Shown here: positions 19,875 through 30,722 of the stretch, in pieces | Layout: each line of letters begins with the position of its first letter | How positions within the stretch are numbered: the stretch's first letter is position 1 | Origin: Candidatus Hodarchaeota archaeon | GTDB taxonomy: Archaea; Asgardarchaeota; Lokiarchaeia; Sigyniarchaeales; SOKP01 | Assembly: GCA_048887225.1 (NCBI GenBank) | Contig: JBHLJY010000005.1 | Coordinates: 1 to 64,000 of the forward strand | Direction: 5' to 3' | DNA length: 64,000 nucleotides | Notes under the pieces: generated by a model | Seen by the model: only the letters and a program-made list of their open reading frames with translations | Told to the model about the DNA's origin: nothing | Database searches by the model: none | Made by a program: the position numbers and the translations under genes

Positions 19875-21179
19875 ATGGAAGAAGAAAAGAAGACCAGATA
19901 CATGACTCAGGCTATAAACGATGAGATTTTGGCCAAATTAAGCCTTAAAAATCGTTATTCTTTCTTAAACAATAATTTAATGGCTCTTTTAACTCCTGAA
20001 CAGTTTAACTTCCTCAAAAGGGTTCAAAAGTTTTGCTTGCGATTCGAAAAGAAAAATAATATCACACATGGCCCAGAGGAGGACATCTATGATTGGATAC
20101 CTGCTTTTGGTAAAGAAGGCTATATTTCGAGAACGGAACCTTTTGCTATGATTGATATAAATTTTGAATATTATGGAGCTGCCGCTGACTTTATGAGAAA
20201 CTTAGCATTAGAATTTTTCGATCCACAATTCGCAATGGGCGGTGGAGCAACGGTATTGGCTATTAATCCGATCAAGGAACATCACGAGGGAATTCCTGCC
20301 AGATTAGAAGCGCTCAAAGATCTAGTTACAGGTCAAGCACCCGGATGCATCCTCATCACGGAGCCAGAAAGAGGTTCGGACGCGGTCCATCAATTAACTT
20401 TATGCGAAGAACAACCAGACGGAAGCTTTTTACTTAACGGAGAAAAAATCTACAACACGAACGCTCCAAAATCGAAATGGGCAGTAGCGTACGCAACTAC
20501 AGAAGCAAATAATGGTAATACGATGGCTCAATTCTTAATAAACACTTCATGGGACGGCTGGAACTGCGATCGAGTTTATATACCTTGGGTCCCCAAATTA
20601 TACCTTGGAAGAGAGAATCTTGTCAATCTTAGAGTGCCAAAAGATTATATTTTAGGAGGAGTCGGCAAAGGAAGAGAACATCTATTTGAAGGCTTAGTAC
20701 CTGAAAGAATTGGTATTGCAATGATGAGTATTTGTGAATGTTGGAATGCTATCACTCATTCAGCTATTTATGCCAACAATAGAAAACAATTTGACAAAAT
20801 GATTTTGCTGTTTCAGGGAGTTGGGTTTACATTAACAGATTTATGGGCTAAAACTACAAACTTAACTTTAGGGCTATTAAAATTCTGCGAATCTTATGAC
20901 GAGAAAATTGAAAAATTTGGGGGTACATTGCCTAAGAACGTTTCCCAAGCATTAGTAGCTTCTGCGTCAATGTTTAAATATCATTGCGCTAGTTTATCCA
21001 AACAAATATGCTACGAAGGTGCTAATTTAATGGGAGGAGCTGGACTCTGCGATAATACATTAATGCATGATTTACTTAATATTTCAAGAATACAAGAGAT
21101 AGTCGGAGGTTCTCGGCAGATACAACAATATATTATGTCTATGGCTTTAAGACAACTTTATAAAATGTCTGGAATTTAA
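19875..21179 (+). CDS. acyl-CoA dehydrogenase
   Basis: ITEPERGSD, LNGEKIY, RKQF, FQGV, MGGAG, EIVGGS. Confidence 0.9.
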   Translation: MEEEKKTRYMTQAINDEILAKLSLKNRYSFLNNNLMALLTPEQFNFLKRVQKFCLRFEKKNNITHGPEEDIYDWIPAFGKEGYISRTEPFAMIDINFEYYGAAADFMRNLALEFFDPQFAMGGGATVLAINPIKEHHEGIPARLEALKDLVTGQAPGCILITEPERGSDAVHQLTLCEEQPDGSFLLNGEKIYNTNAPKSKWAVAYATTEANNGNTMAQFLINTSWDGWNCDRVYIPWVPKLYLGRENLVNLRVPKDYILGGVGKGREHLFEGLVPERIGIAMMSICECWNAITHSAIYANNRKQFDKMILLFQGVGFTLTDLWAKTTNLTLGLLKFCESYDEKIEKFGGTLPKNVSQALVASASMFKYHCASLSKQICYEGANLMGGAGLCDNTLMHDLLNISRIQEIVGGSRQIQQYIMSMALRQLYKMSGI

Positions 21180-21325
21180 AAAACAAGATCCGATAAATCA
21201 ATCTTTTTTTTTTTATTTTGTTTTAATAAATGGGATTATTTATTTACAATTCTTTTAAATATCTGAAAAGATCTTTCAAATAAGTAAAAAAAAATATAAA
21301 AAATCTTCTTGTTATAAAATATAGA

Positions 21326-22618
21326 TTATGTAACGGACATTTTAAATAAGGTCCTCAGTGATAGAGACATAATATACTGTTGTATTTGTCTACTTCCTCC
21401 GACTATTTCCTGAATTCTGGAAATATTTAAGTAATCATGCATTAATGTGTTATCTGAAAGTCCGGCTCCGCCCATTAGATTCGCAGTTTCATAACAAACC
21501 TTCATAGAAAGTTTTGTAGATTGATATTTAAATTGACTCGCAGACGCCACTAATGCTTGGGCAACGTTCTTAGGTAATTCACCTCCGAATTTTTCCACCT
21601 TCTCGTCGTAAGCTTCGCAAAATTTCAGTAGACCAATAGTTAGATTAGTGGTTCTAGCCCAAAGGTCAGTTAAGAGAAAACCAACGCCTTGGAAAAGTAA
21701 TATTATTTTGTCAAATTGCTTTCTCAAGTTAGCGTAAATTGCGGCATGAGCGATAGCTCCCCAACATTCAGATATACTCATCATAGCGATTGCTATTCTT
21801 TCAGGAACCAAGCCTTCAAACAGATGTTCTCTACCTTTTCCTATTCCCCCTAAAACATATTCCTTAGGCACTCTCAGATTGACTAGCGTCTCCTTTCCTA
21901 AAAATAATTTGGGGACCCATGGGATATAAACTCGGTTGCAGTTCCAACCGTCCCACGAGGTGTTTATTAAGAACTGTGCCATCAGATTTGGATTATTCGC
22001 TTCTGCAGTTGCGTATGATACTGCCCATCCCGCTTTTGGCGCGTTTGTATTGTAGATCTTTTCTCCGTTAAGTAAAAAGCTTCCGTCTTCTTGTTCAGTA
22101 CAAGTTGTTAATTGATGAACCGCATCCGAACCTCTTTCTGGCTCCGTAATGAGGATGCATCCAGGTGCTTGACCTGTAACTAAATCTTTGAGCGCTTCTA
22201 ATCTAGCAGGAATTCCCTCGTGATGTTCGTAAATGGGATTTATGCATAATACAGTAGCACCACCGCCCATGCCATATTGAGGGTCAAACATGTCTATTGC
22301 AATCGCCCTCATAAAATCAGCTGTTAATCCATAATAATCGTAAGTCACATCGCACATATCAAATGAATGTTGCCTTGTAATATAACCTTCCTTACCGAAA
22401 GTTGGAATCCAAGCGTAAATATCTTCATCAGGACTATGAGTAACATTGTTACGTTTTTCAAAACGCAAGCAGAACCGTTCAACTTTCCGTAGGAAATTAA
22501 ATTCTTCTTGAGATAAAATAGGCGTTAGATTGTTGTTTAAGAAAGCATATCGGTTTTTTAGGGTTAAAGCTTCAAGTATTTCATCGTTTATAGCTTGAGC
22601 ATATTTAGTTTTTTCCAT
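21326..22618 (-). CDS. acyl-CoA dehydrogenase (close paralog of 19875..21179)
   Basis: same motifs, colinear with the neighbouring paralog. Confidence 0.9.
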   Translation of the reverse strand: MEKTKYAQAINDEILEALTLKNRYAFLNNNLTPILSQEEFNFLRKVERFCLRFEKRNNVTHSPDEDIYAWIPTFGKEGYITRQHSFDMCDVTYDYYGLTADFMRAIAIDMFDPQYGMGGGATVLCINPIYEHHEGIPARLEALKDLVTGQAPGCILITEPERGSDAVHQLTTCTEQEDGSFLLNGEKIYNTNAPKAGWAVSYATAEANNPNLMAQFLINTSWDGWNCNRVYIPWVPKLFLGKETLVNLRVPKEYVLGGIGKGREHLFEGLVPERIAIAMMSISECWGAIAHAAIYANLRKQFDKIILLFQGVGFLLTDLWARTTNLTIGLLKFCEAYDEKVEKFGGELPKNVAQALVASASQFKYQSTKLSMKVCYETANLMGGAGLSDNTLMHDYLNISRIQEIVGGSRQIQQYIMSLSLRTLFKMSVT

Positions 22619-22703
22619 TTTCTTTTCCCTCTTATTTTTTTAAGTTTTATTAATTGTTATGACATTTCTAATTAACTTTGGATCCTCGATCTATATAAAT
22701 ATA

Positions 22704-22720
22704 TTATGCCAAAGGCATAA
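22704..22720. promoter_or_regulatory. palindromic candidate operator
   Basis: TTATGCC-AAA-GGCATAA next to a TTTATATA box (minus strand) upstream of the 22618 acyl-CoA dehydrogenase. Confidence 0.45.
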
Positions 22721-22787
22721 AAAAGGTAAAATTGTCGGGGAGAATAATAAATGAAAAAAAGATTAAATAAGCAAATAAAATAGAATT

Positions 22788-23012
22788 TTATTCTTCCTCC
22801 TCTTCAGCAACTAAAAGTTCCTCTATCTCTTCTTCAAGTTTTTCTATTTTTTCATCTAAGTCAGAGATCTTTTTATAAGTCTCACATCGCTCACAACCAT
22901 CATCTTCTTCACATAGAGGTAAGCTATCACATTCTTCTTCAAGGGCGTCCCTCTCTTCTAATAACATGTCAACTTCTTCTTGAAGTTTATCTATACTAAT
23001 GTTTCTCACCAT
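22788..23012 (-). CDS. small acidic coiled-coil protein with central Cys4 cluster
   Basis: heptads flanking C-x5-C-x5-C-x2-C. Confidence 0.6.
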   Translation of the reverse strand: MVRNISIDKLQEEVDMLLEERDALEEECDSLPLCEEDDGCERCETYKKISDLDEKIEKLEEEIEELLVAEEEEE

Positions 23013-23104
23013 TAAAGGATAATTTAATTAATATTTCAAATTTATTTTTTTACCTTAAAAATTTGAATTAATAAAAGCCTAATATATTAATTATAAATAA
23101 GAGT

Positions 23105-23809
23105 TTAAGCTTCCCATACGCCAATATAATCATCTAAAATATTATAGATCTTATTAAATCCCAAACTATGATATAGTTCTTTAAGGCTCTCGTGGCAATA
23201 TTTCCAACATGATCTCTTTTCAAAAGAGTTAATTCCATCGTTATCAGCAAATAAAAAATCAAGAATTTTTATTAGTCTTTCTGGGAAACACTTACTAATT
23301 TTAATAACAGTTTTTGCTAATAGATCGTGACCATTCATATTATCTTGTGGTCTTACTGCTATAGGTTCGCAAATAATAATCTTTTTAGTAAATTTTTTTG
23401 CGTTTTCAACTAATTCGATATGATCAGGATAAATATGATGAAGAATATCGCAAAAAACGATGACATCTTGTTTTTCTTCTGGATAATTATCGTAGTTAAA
23501 AATATCGTTTTGTTTTAATGTGATTTTTTTTAACTTAATTCTTCCCTTTTGCCAATCCTTTTTTATCTTTTTTAAAAACCGATGATTTAAATCATGTCCT
23601 TCGTACTCTATTGAAGGATGCAAATAATGAGTCAAAAAACCCGTCCCGCAAGGTAAATCTAATACTTTTTTTGAATCGTTTCCTATAATTTTGGCAATAC
23701 TCATAAATTTCTTATGTTGGTCGTAAAGTCGTTTAGTCGTCCAATTATACACGTAACCACTTCGATAAGGAATACTCCTGAATCCCGTAAATACTGTTTT
23801 AACAGCCAT
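23105..23809 (-). CDS. class I SAM-dependent methyltransferase
   Basis: VLDLPCGTG, DVIVFCDILHH. Confidence 0.85.
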   Translation of the reverse strand: MAVKTVFTGFRSIPYRSGYVYNWTTKRLYDQHKKFMSIAKIIGNDSKKVLDLPCGTGFLTHYLHPSIEYEGHDLNHRFLKKIKKDWQKGRIKLKKITLKQNDIFNYDNYPEEKQDVIVFCDILHHIYPDHIELVENAKKFTKKIIICEPIAVRPQDNMNGHDLLAKTVIKISKCFPERLIKILDFLFADNDGINSFEKRSCWKYCHESLKELYHSLGFNKIYNILDDYIGVWEA

Positions 23810-23948
23810 GCTGAATTTGCTTTTATTTTAAAATAATATCTTAGCTTTTAATATAATACATTTAATTTTTTTCATTTATTAAAAATTTGATGCTTTTTTA
23901 ATAAAAATTATATTAAACACAATATCTAATTCAATAATTATTGATTTT

Positions 23949-26267
23949 TTAGAGGTCTAAAAGCTTACCAAGTAGGAATAATGCTCCTTTTTTATCAAGG
24001 GGTTCATTGTTCGAGCCACAGCGTGGAGAGAGGCAACACGCTGGACATCCACTAGGTTCATTACAGCTACAAGAATTAATTAACTTAAGGGTAAGAACCA
24101 ATAATTCAGTCAAATTGTAATATAACGATTCTGAAATGCCAATACCTCCTCGGAATGCATCATAAATGTAAATAATCGGTTGTTGTTTGATGGGGTCAAA
24201 ATCGATTGAAAGCCCTCCAAGGTCCCATCGAGATATCTGTGCTAACGCAGGCGCCATAGCTATCATTGCGTGTTCAATAGCGTGTATCGTTCCTCCAAGA
24301 TCATAATCATTCAGCTCCAATTCTTTTTGTAGTTCATAAGGTATTAAGAACCAGACAGAGTGAGTTTCAAATTCTACAATCGGTATATCCTCTAATGGAA
24401 ATCTATCCCGAATTTCTTGAGTTAAAGTATCAATAACCTTATAGGAATAGTATTCATGTTCAACTTTTACATTTCCAAAATAACTTTTTATTATATTATT
24501 TGGTCCTGTGTCGTTTTCAGAGAATACTTCAAGAGGAGTGATTTCAGTATGTTTTAAAGATTGTGTGTAAAAATCTACATCAGCTTTTGAAATATACACT
24601 TTTTTATCATCAATATCAAGTTCATCAACAATATAGGTTTCAGCTTCATAAAGATAAACTGCGCCATGATGTAGATCCCTAAATACATAACTTTCGTCTT
24701 CAGCTGTTAAAAATTCTTCTCTCCCTTTTGCTCTTAGAATCACTTTATATGTACGATCAGACAAATTATTTAATCCAAACTCTTCATTAGGATAAAAATC
24801 ACCTTTCCAGTAATATCGATCTCCTCGCTTCATAAGTAGCGATTCACTTAATAATTCTTCCAAGCAATTGAGAAAAAATTCTTGATCGTTTATTCCGAAT
24901 TTTTGATAATCATCAAGTTTAATTGGAATTTCTTTGGAAGCACAACATAAGTGATTCTTTAAAATGTATTTGTTATCTAAGGTTATCAGAATTTTTTCTT
25001 GTATTGGTCCGAATAAAACCTCTGGATTGTGGAGGTAGAAAAAGTCCAAAGGGTTCTCCATTGGGATAAGAGTAGAAATTGAAAGTTCTTCTCCTCTACC
25101 TGATCTACCAATCTGTTGCTTAAAGCTAGATAAAGTTCCTGGAAATCCAGAAATAATAGTTGCTTCTAAGGATCCAATATCAATCCCTAGTTCGAGAGCA
25201 TTAGTAGAACTAATACCTATTAACTGTTTACTTTTGAAATCCTGTTCAATTTCTCTTCTTTTTTTTTTACTTATTCCAGCTCGATAGCTTACAATTTTCT
25301 CTTTTAATAATGGAAGTGTTTTTCTTGTCCAAATTGCTTGTAATTCCGCCATTTTTCGAGATAATGTAAAGGTTAATGTCTGGATTCCTTTTTTTAAATG
25401 GCTTACATAGAGATTTTTAGTTTCTTGATGTGCCGAACGATACTTATGAGATACTTCATCATAGGGCAAATCCCATAATAAAACTTTTTTAGCACCAGAA
25501 GGAGAATCATCTTTATCAATGACAACAAATTCTTCACCTATCATTTTCTCTGCAAAGGCTTTAGCATTATTAATCGTTGCGCTAGATAAGATCCAAATAG
25601 GTTTTACGTTATAAGTTTCAAGGATTCTTTTTAGACGCCTTAATAATAAGGAGAAGTTCGAACCAAAAATGCCACGATAAATATGTATTTCATCCAATAT
25701 AATATATTTGAGATTTTTACAAATTCTGCTCCATTTTTGTTTAAACCATGGCAGATAGAAATGTAGTCCGTAAGGATTTGTAATAATAACATTTGCATTT
25801 GCCAAGACTTGTCTTTTTTCATCTGGTTCAACATCACCATCATACACACCAACTCTGTTTGTATTGATATTAGTTTCTGACATTAATTTGGATAAAATGA
25901 AATACTGATCCCGTGCTAAAGCTTTAGTTGGAAAGATATAAAGAGCTGTAGTGTTAGGATCTTCATCTAAGATTGTTTGTAACACTGAAAGATTATAACA
26001 GAGAGATTTTCCAGACGCGGTAGAAGTAACTACAACGGTATTTTTTCCTTCTCGAATGATATTAATTGCTTCTGCCTGATGTCTCCATAAATTAATATCA
26101 TGTTCGTTTAACCAACGTTGCAAACGTTGCCGAAGCGGCTTTTTTAATTCACCATAATGGGCTTCTTTTTGAGGAATGTGTTGAATATGTGATATTTGTT
26201 TATTATAGTAGTCTTGTTCTTTGATATAATTCAAGAATTCTTCAAATTCAACCATTATTCGTTTCAA
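23949..26267 (-). CDS. Hrq1/MrfA-like DEAH helicase with DUF1998 Zn domain
   Basis: TASGKS, PTKALARDQ, DEIH, SAT, LELGIDIG, QQIGRSGR, HAIEH, C-x-C...GCPAC. Confidence 0.92.
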   Translation of the reverse strand: MKRIMVEFEEFLNYIKEQDYYNKQISHIQHIPQKEAHYGELKKPLRQRLQRWLNEHDINLWRHQAEAINIIREGKNTVVVTSTASGKSLCYNLSVLQTILDEDPNTTALYIFPTKALARDQYFILSKLMSETNINTNRVGVYDGDVEPDEKRQVLANANVIITNPYGLHFYLPWFKQKWSRICKNLKYIILDEIHIYRGIFGSNFSLLLRRLKRILETYNVKPIWILSSATINNAKAFAEKMIGEEFVVIDKDDSPSGAKKVLLWDLPYDEVSHKYRSAHQETKNLYVSHLKKGIQTLTFTLSRKMAELQAIWTRKTLPLLKEKIVSYRAGISKKKRREIEQDFKSKQLIGISSTNALELGIDIGSLEATIISGFPGTLSSFKQQIGRSGRGEELSISTLIPMENPLDFFYLHNPEVLFGPIQEKILITLDNKYILKNHLCCASKEIPIKLDDYQKFGINDQEFFLNCLEELLSESLLMKRGDRYYWKGDFYPNEEFGLNNLSDRTYKVILRAKGREEFLTAEDESYVFRDLHHGAVYLYEAETYIVDELDIDDKKVYISKADVDFYTQSLKHTEITPLEVFSENDTGPNNIIKSYFGNVKVEHEYYSYKVIDTLTQEIRDRFPLEDIPIVEFETHSVWFLIPYELQKELELNDYDLGGTIHAIEHAMIAMAPALAQISRWDLGGLSIDFDPIKQQPIIYIYDAFRGGIGISESLYYNLTELLVLTLKLINSCSCNEPSGCPACCLSPRCGSNNEPLDKKGALFLLGKLLDL

Positions 26268-26446
26268 TAATAACTATGAATTATAGTAATTAAAATTTAA
26301 AAGATACAAAATTTTATAATTTTTTTTTATCTTAAATCCCTTATTCTTCAAAGATTCAAATTTAAATAAATAGAATTTATTTATAATATAAAAGAATATT
26401 TTGTACCATATAGTAATTCAATAAATATGTGATGGTGTGACTTAAG

Positions 26447-26791
26447 ATGGCACAACAAGAACAAGGACCATGCTTTGTGGTTATGGGGATATTTCTTGGA
26501 GTAGTAGGTTTCATTTGGTTTTGGCCGTTAGCATTTTTTGGAGGAGTTTTCTTTCTTATTGGAATTTGTATGATCTGTCAAGAACAAAATAAAGCTAAAG
26601 CACAAACTGCAACTCAACCAGCTCAACAACCAACTCAACAGCCAGCACCTCAACCAGCACCTCAACCAGCACCTCAACCAGCACCTCAGCCAGCCCCCGC
26701 GCAAATATCTGAAACAGCCAAGTTCTGTCCACACTGCGGTGCACCAACAACAGGGAAATATTGTTCTGAGTGTGGCTCTGAGATTGATTGA
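26447..26791 (+). CDS. two-TM protein with PQPA linker and C-terminal zinc ribbon
   Basis: TM hairpin, (QPAP)n, FCPHCG...YCSECG. Confidence 0.8.
   Translation: MAQQEQGPCFVVMGIFLGVVGFIWFWPLAFFGGVFFLIGICMICQEQNKAKAQTATQPAQQPTQQPAPQPAPQPAPQPAPQPAPAQISETAKFCPHCGAPTTGKYCSECGSEID
26642..26689 (+). repeat. 12-bp coding tandem repeat (CCAGCACCTCAA) x4
   Basis: three exact units and one near-exact unit, with degenerate units upstream. Confidence 0.85.
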
Positions 26792-26918
26792 AATTATAAC
26801 CTTCCCACCTTTCTATTTTTTATAAGATTTTAAATCCCATTTTTTTTTTAAAATCTCAAATATAAACCTTTTAATAAACTAAAAGCAAATTGAACACAAT
26901 CTACTAAGCTGATAGAAA

Positions 26919-27911
26919 ATGAATAATTCTAAATGGAAAAAAATCGATTTTCAGCAATTTATCGATGATTTTGGTGTAGAAGTTATCGTTAAGCATACAC
27001 CTACGATATTATATTCTAAAAAGGATAAAGAACATGAAGATCTTAACTCATTGATAGCATTTTTTTTGGTAGCAAGTGTATTATTAATTTATATTTCTGT
27101 TTCAATATCTCTTATAGAAATTTATTTCAGTATAATTTTATTTGCTACCGTAATTGTAATCGGATTTGCCGTAGAGTTATACTTAATTCTTAATTACATT
27201 AAATCAAAAGTATCTATAAAACCTATAGAATGTTGGGTAGAGATTTATAGCTATTTAAATTTCTATTGCTTTTCTTATTATATCGTATATTCGGGTAAAT
27301 GTCATCCAAATAAAGCAAAAAATATCATCTTTAAGTTATATCAAGATGAGGTGCTAAAAAATACTATAGATATTACACAAATTGAAGTTTATCTTATAAT
27401 TGATAAAAATGACTATGAAAAAATTGAAAATTTGGGCTATTTTTTCGAATATGGAGAAGGAACTTCCTTTAAAAACGAAAATATCAATCATAACTCATGG
27501 CAATTTTTTCCTTACGAAAGGTCTCAAAATGATAATTATATAGCTATTGCTAATTGGGCACATCAATACGTATGGTGGAACGATTTAGAATCTGACTTTA
27601 GTAAATTACATGAATACGCACCCTGGGTAATTAAAAGATGGAATGAATTAAATGTAAAACCAATAAAAGAAGAATTTAAAGAGAATATGAATTGGAACTT
27701 GAGAAATATTAATTCTATTCCCAAATTAAAGCCGTGGAAAGGGGATTTAAAAAACCAAACTTACGAACATCAGAAGGTAAATTGGGAAAAAGAAATTATT
27801 GATGACGCAATAAAGAATGTTATAGGAGAGGGATATAAAGTAGAAACATTAAAAGATATTAAGATCGATTTATTTGAATTAAAGGCATATTTTAGAGATT
27901 TAAATGTTTAA
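26919..27911 (+). CDS. hypothetical membrane protein
   Basis: 330 aa ORF with TM pair. Confidence 0.6.
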   Translation: MNNSKWKKIDFQQFIDDFGVEVIVKHTPTILYSKKDKEHEDLNSLIAFFLVASVLLIYISVSISLIEIYFSIILFATVIVIGFAVELYLILNYIKSKVSIKPIECWVEIYSYLNFYCFSYYIVYSGKCHPNKAKNIIFKLYQDEVLKNTIDITQIEVYLIIDKNDYEKIENLGYFFEYGEGTSFKNENINHNSWQFFPYERSQNDNYIAIANWAHQYVWWNDLESDFSKLHEYAPWVIKRWNELNVKPIKEEFKENMNWNLRNINSIPKLKPWKGDLKNQTYEHQKVNWEKEIIDDAIKNVIGEGYKVETLKDIKIDLFELKAYFRDLNV

Positions 27912-29456
27912 ATTTTCAAACATTTTTGTATTTCTTTCGTATATCTTCGTGAATTCACGGTAGATTTTTTTATAAATCTTTGTAGAATCTGGATTAGGTG
28001 TAAATGATTTTTCAATTTGAATTAATGGTATTGCTTCTGAAAAATCCTTAAGTATTCCTGAACCAACCATAGCTATTACAGCTAAACCTCTATTACTCGC
28101 TAAGCCAGGTTCTGATACTTTATTTATATTTTTTTCTAAAATATCTGCTAATATTTGGCACCATACATCTGATTTGGAACCCCCACCAATAGCATTAATC
28201 TGATTGCTCCTTCCTACTAATCTTTCCACATAAGTTAAGCCCCATTTGATATTAAATGCAACTCCTTCATATACTGCTCTTAAAAGATCTGCTCTTTTAT
28301 GGTCAATGCTTAGATTATAAAAACCTCCTCGAACATTTGAATCGTTTATGGGACTTCTTTCTCCATACATCCACGGAGTAAAAATTAAATTTTTTGCGCC
28401 AGCTTTAGATTCTTCTACAATATCATCCAAATATTTATATAGTTCTTTTGGATTGTTTTCATATTTCTCTAATTCACCTTTAAACATTTGATTTGCGATC
28501 CAATCAAGACAAGCAGCTCCAGTTTCTTGTTTTGAAATACATAAATAAGAATTTTGAGCAGAATACATAGTCCCTGTGTAACATGCAATATTTCTTTTCT
28601 CTTCAGAAATATGTGCTGCGATAAAATCAGCCGTTCCCAAACCAACGATAAGCTCCTTTTCGTTTATAGCTCCAGAACCCAGAGCACCAGCAGTAAAATC
28701 AAGAGATCCAACAAAAACGGGAGTATCTGGTTTTAAGCCTAGTTCTTCAGCAGCTTTTCTAGTAAGATAACCTGCTACATCAGTTGATTTTTTTATTTCA
28801 GGTAGTTTTTGCTTGTCTATTTCAAATTTATTTAATATTTTGTCAGACCAATTTAATTTGTTTGAATCCATCATCCATGAAACGTTACCTAGATCTATAG
28901 AAATTATAGTATTATTTGTGCATTTGTAGACTATAAAATCCTTTACATTGAGAAATTTATAGGTTCTTTCGTAAATATCAGTCTTATATTTTTTTATCCA
29001 TTGAATATGAGAAATAGGATCCTTCCCATTCAATCCAGGAGCGCCACCCGTGATATCGAGAAACATATTAAGTGTTTCGAAATTATATCCCGCTACCAAA
29101 TCTTCTCCCTCTGAATATCTATGAGTTATTGTCGAAGCCCGAGTGTCAAGCCAACTAATACATTTCATTAGAGGAATCCCTTGTTCATCTATTGGAATTG
29201 TACAATTTCCTTGGGAATCAAAGATTAACCCTATAATATCATCGGGATTAATACTATTCCCTTTAACGAGAGTGTGAGTTGCTCTAATTACTGAATTCCA
29301 AAAGTCTTCAGGTTCCTGTTCCACCCACCTTTGCTTTGGGTAATAAATCGGATAATCCACTTTTGTTTGATAAAGACTATTTAATTCTAAGTCAAATACA
29401 ACAGCTTTATTGCCTGACGTTCCAAGGTCATGAGTTAAAATATATTTGCCTGTCAT
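27900..29456 (-). CDS. FGGY carbohydrate kinase (xylulokinase-like)
   Basis: DLGTSGNK, EQEP, WLDTR, GERSP, EGVAF, GGGSKS. Confidence 0.9.
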   Translation of the reverse strand: MTGKYILTHDLGTSGNKAVVFDLELNSLYQTKVDYPIYYPKQRWVEQEPEDFWNSVIRATHTLVKGNSINPDDIIGLIFDSQGNCTIPIDEQGIPLMKCISWLDTRASTITHRYSEGEDLVAGYNFETLNMFLDITGGAPGLNGKDPISHIQWIKKYKTDIYERTYKFLNVKDFIVYKCTNNTIISIDLGNVSWMMDSNKLNWSDKILNKFEIDKQKLPEIKKSTDVAGYLTRKAAEELGLKPDTPVFVGSLDFTAGALGSGAINEKELIVGLGTADFIAAHISEEKRNIACYTGTMYSAQNSYLCISKQETGAACLDWIANQMFKGELEKYENNPKELYKYLDDIVEESKAGAKNLIFTPWMYGERSPINDSNVRGGFYNLSIDHKRADLLRAVYEGVAFNIKWGLTYVERLVGRSNQINAIGGGSKSDVWCQILADILEKNINKVSEPGLASNRGLAVIAMVGSGILKDFSEAIPLIQIEKSFTPNPDSTKIYKKIYREFTKIYERNTKMFENLNI

Positions 29457-29630
29457 TTCTATTATTGTTAATTTTAACTTGTATATTAATAATATGTGTA
29501 ATTCGAATAATAAATAATTTTAAAAAAATTTTACAATAAAAATCTTTAAATTTAAGAAATTTATAAATAATTAGAAACGAGATAAAGTAGTCTTAAATTT
29601 CGATAAGACGTCTCCCTTGATAAAATAAAT

Positions 29631-30524
29631 TTATTTCTCTAAATATTCCCAAAACTTTTTTTTCAAACCTTTTAGCTTTTTATTTTTTAATTTTATAAAA
29701 AATACGTCTCTTTTCGCGATAACAGGATAATCTTGAATTTTTAAAATTTTAATTAGATTAGCAGCCTCTGCTTTTTCTGCAATTATTTTGCTTAAAATAG
29801 AGATATTGTCTGAATCGCTGACAGCAGAAATTATTGAATCATTGTCATTCATTTCTAATATGATATTTAATTGTTTATATCCGGCAAAATGTTGTAAAAT
29901 GACATTTCGAGTTCCAGAACCTTGTTCCCTTGCGATAAATGGATATTTAATAAGGTCCTTAAAATCAACTGAATCTTCTCCACTTTTTAATAATTTATGA
30001 TTAGGAGCACATATGAATACTAGATTTTCATCTCCAACTTTAACAATGTCGAAATGGTCTTTATCCTCATCCATAAAGCTACCTATCCCCGCAAAATCAG
30101 CCATTTGTTTTTTTAATAAATCAATTGATTTTTGTGAATTGTTAATCAATATCTTGAAATTCACATTTGGATGCTCATTTCTAAAATTTGCGATATATTT
30201 TGGTAAAATATGAGAGCCTGGCAAAGTAGAGGCTGTTATGATTATATCTTCACTCTGTTTTTTGCTATACTCAGAAAGTTCTTGCCTGCAACTATCATAT
30301 AAATTGATTATATTTTTTGCGTAATCTAAAAAAACCTCTCCTTGTTGAGTTAATTTAAACTTTCTGGTTGTTCTATCAATTAGAGTAATATCTCCAAATT
30401 CCTCTTCCAATTGTGATATTTGATGCGATAAAGTACTCTGAGATATAGATAAATCTTTTGCCAAATCTGAAAAACTCTTGTAATGTGTTAATTTTATGAA
30501 GTTTCTTAAAAATTCAATCTTCAA
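29631..30524 (-). CDS. LysR-family transcriptional regulator
   Basis: SFSDLAKDLSISQSTLSHQISQLE HTH; ASTLPG, REQGSGTR. Confidence 0.9.
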   Translation of the reverse strand: MKIEFLRNFIKLTHYKSFSDLAKDLSISQSTLSHQISQLEEEFGDITLIDRTTRKFKLTQQGEVFLDYAKNIINLYDSCRQELSEYSKKQSEDIIITASTLPGSHILPKYIANFRNEHPNVNFKILINNSQKSIDLLKKQMADFAGIGSFMDEDKDHFDIVKVGDENLVFICAPNHKLLKSGEDSVDFKDLIKYPFIAREQGSGTRNVILQHFAGYKQLNIILEMNDNDSIISAVSDSDNISILSKIIAEKAEAANLIKILKIQDYPVIAKRDVFFIKLKNKKLKGLKKKFWEYLEK

Positions 30525-30722
30525 ATTTATTACCTGATTTATTTCTCATCGATTACTTAGTATTAAATGTTTTATCAAAAATAACTATGATGGATTTATG
30601 ATTGATTTTTTTCTTTATCATATCTTGAAAGAAAATGAATAAATGAGAACTTATAAGTTTTAAAATTAAATTTCATTTTCAAAAATAGGTTATAATTCTA
30701 TATTTTTTATTTGGGATAAATT

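Noticed and set aside
26610-26700. CRISPR-like repeat
   Set aside because: Contiguous 12-bp coding repeats without spacers; no cas genes
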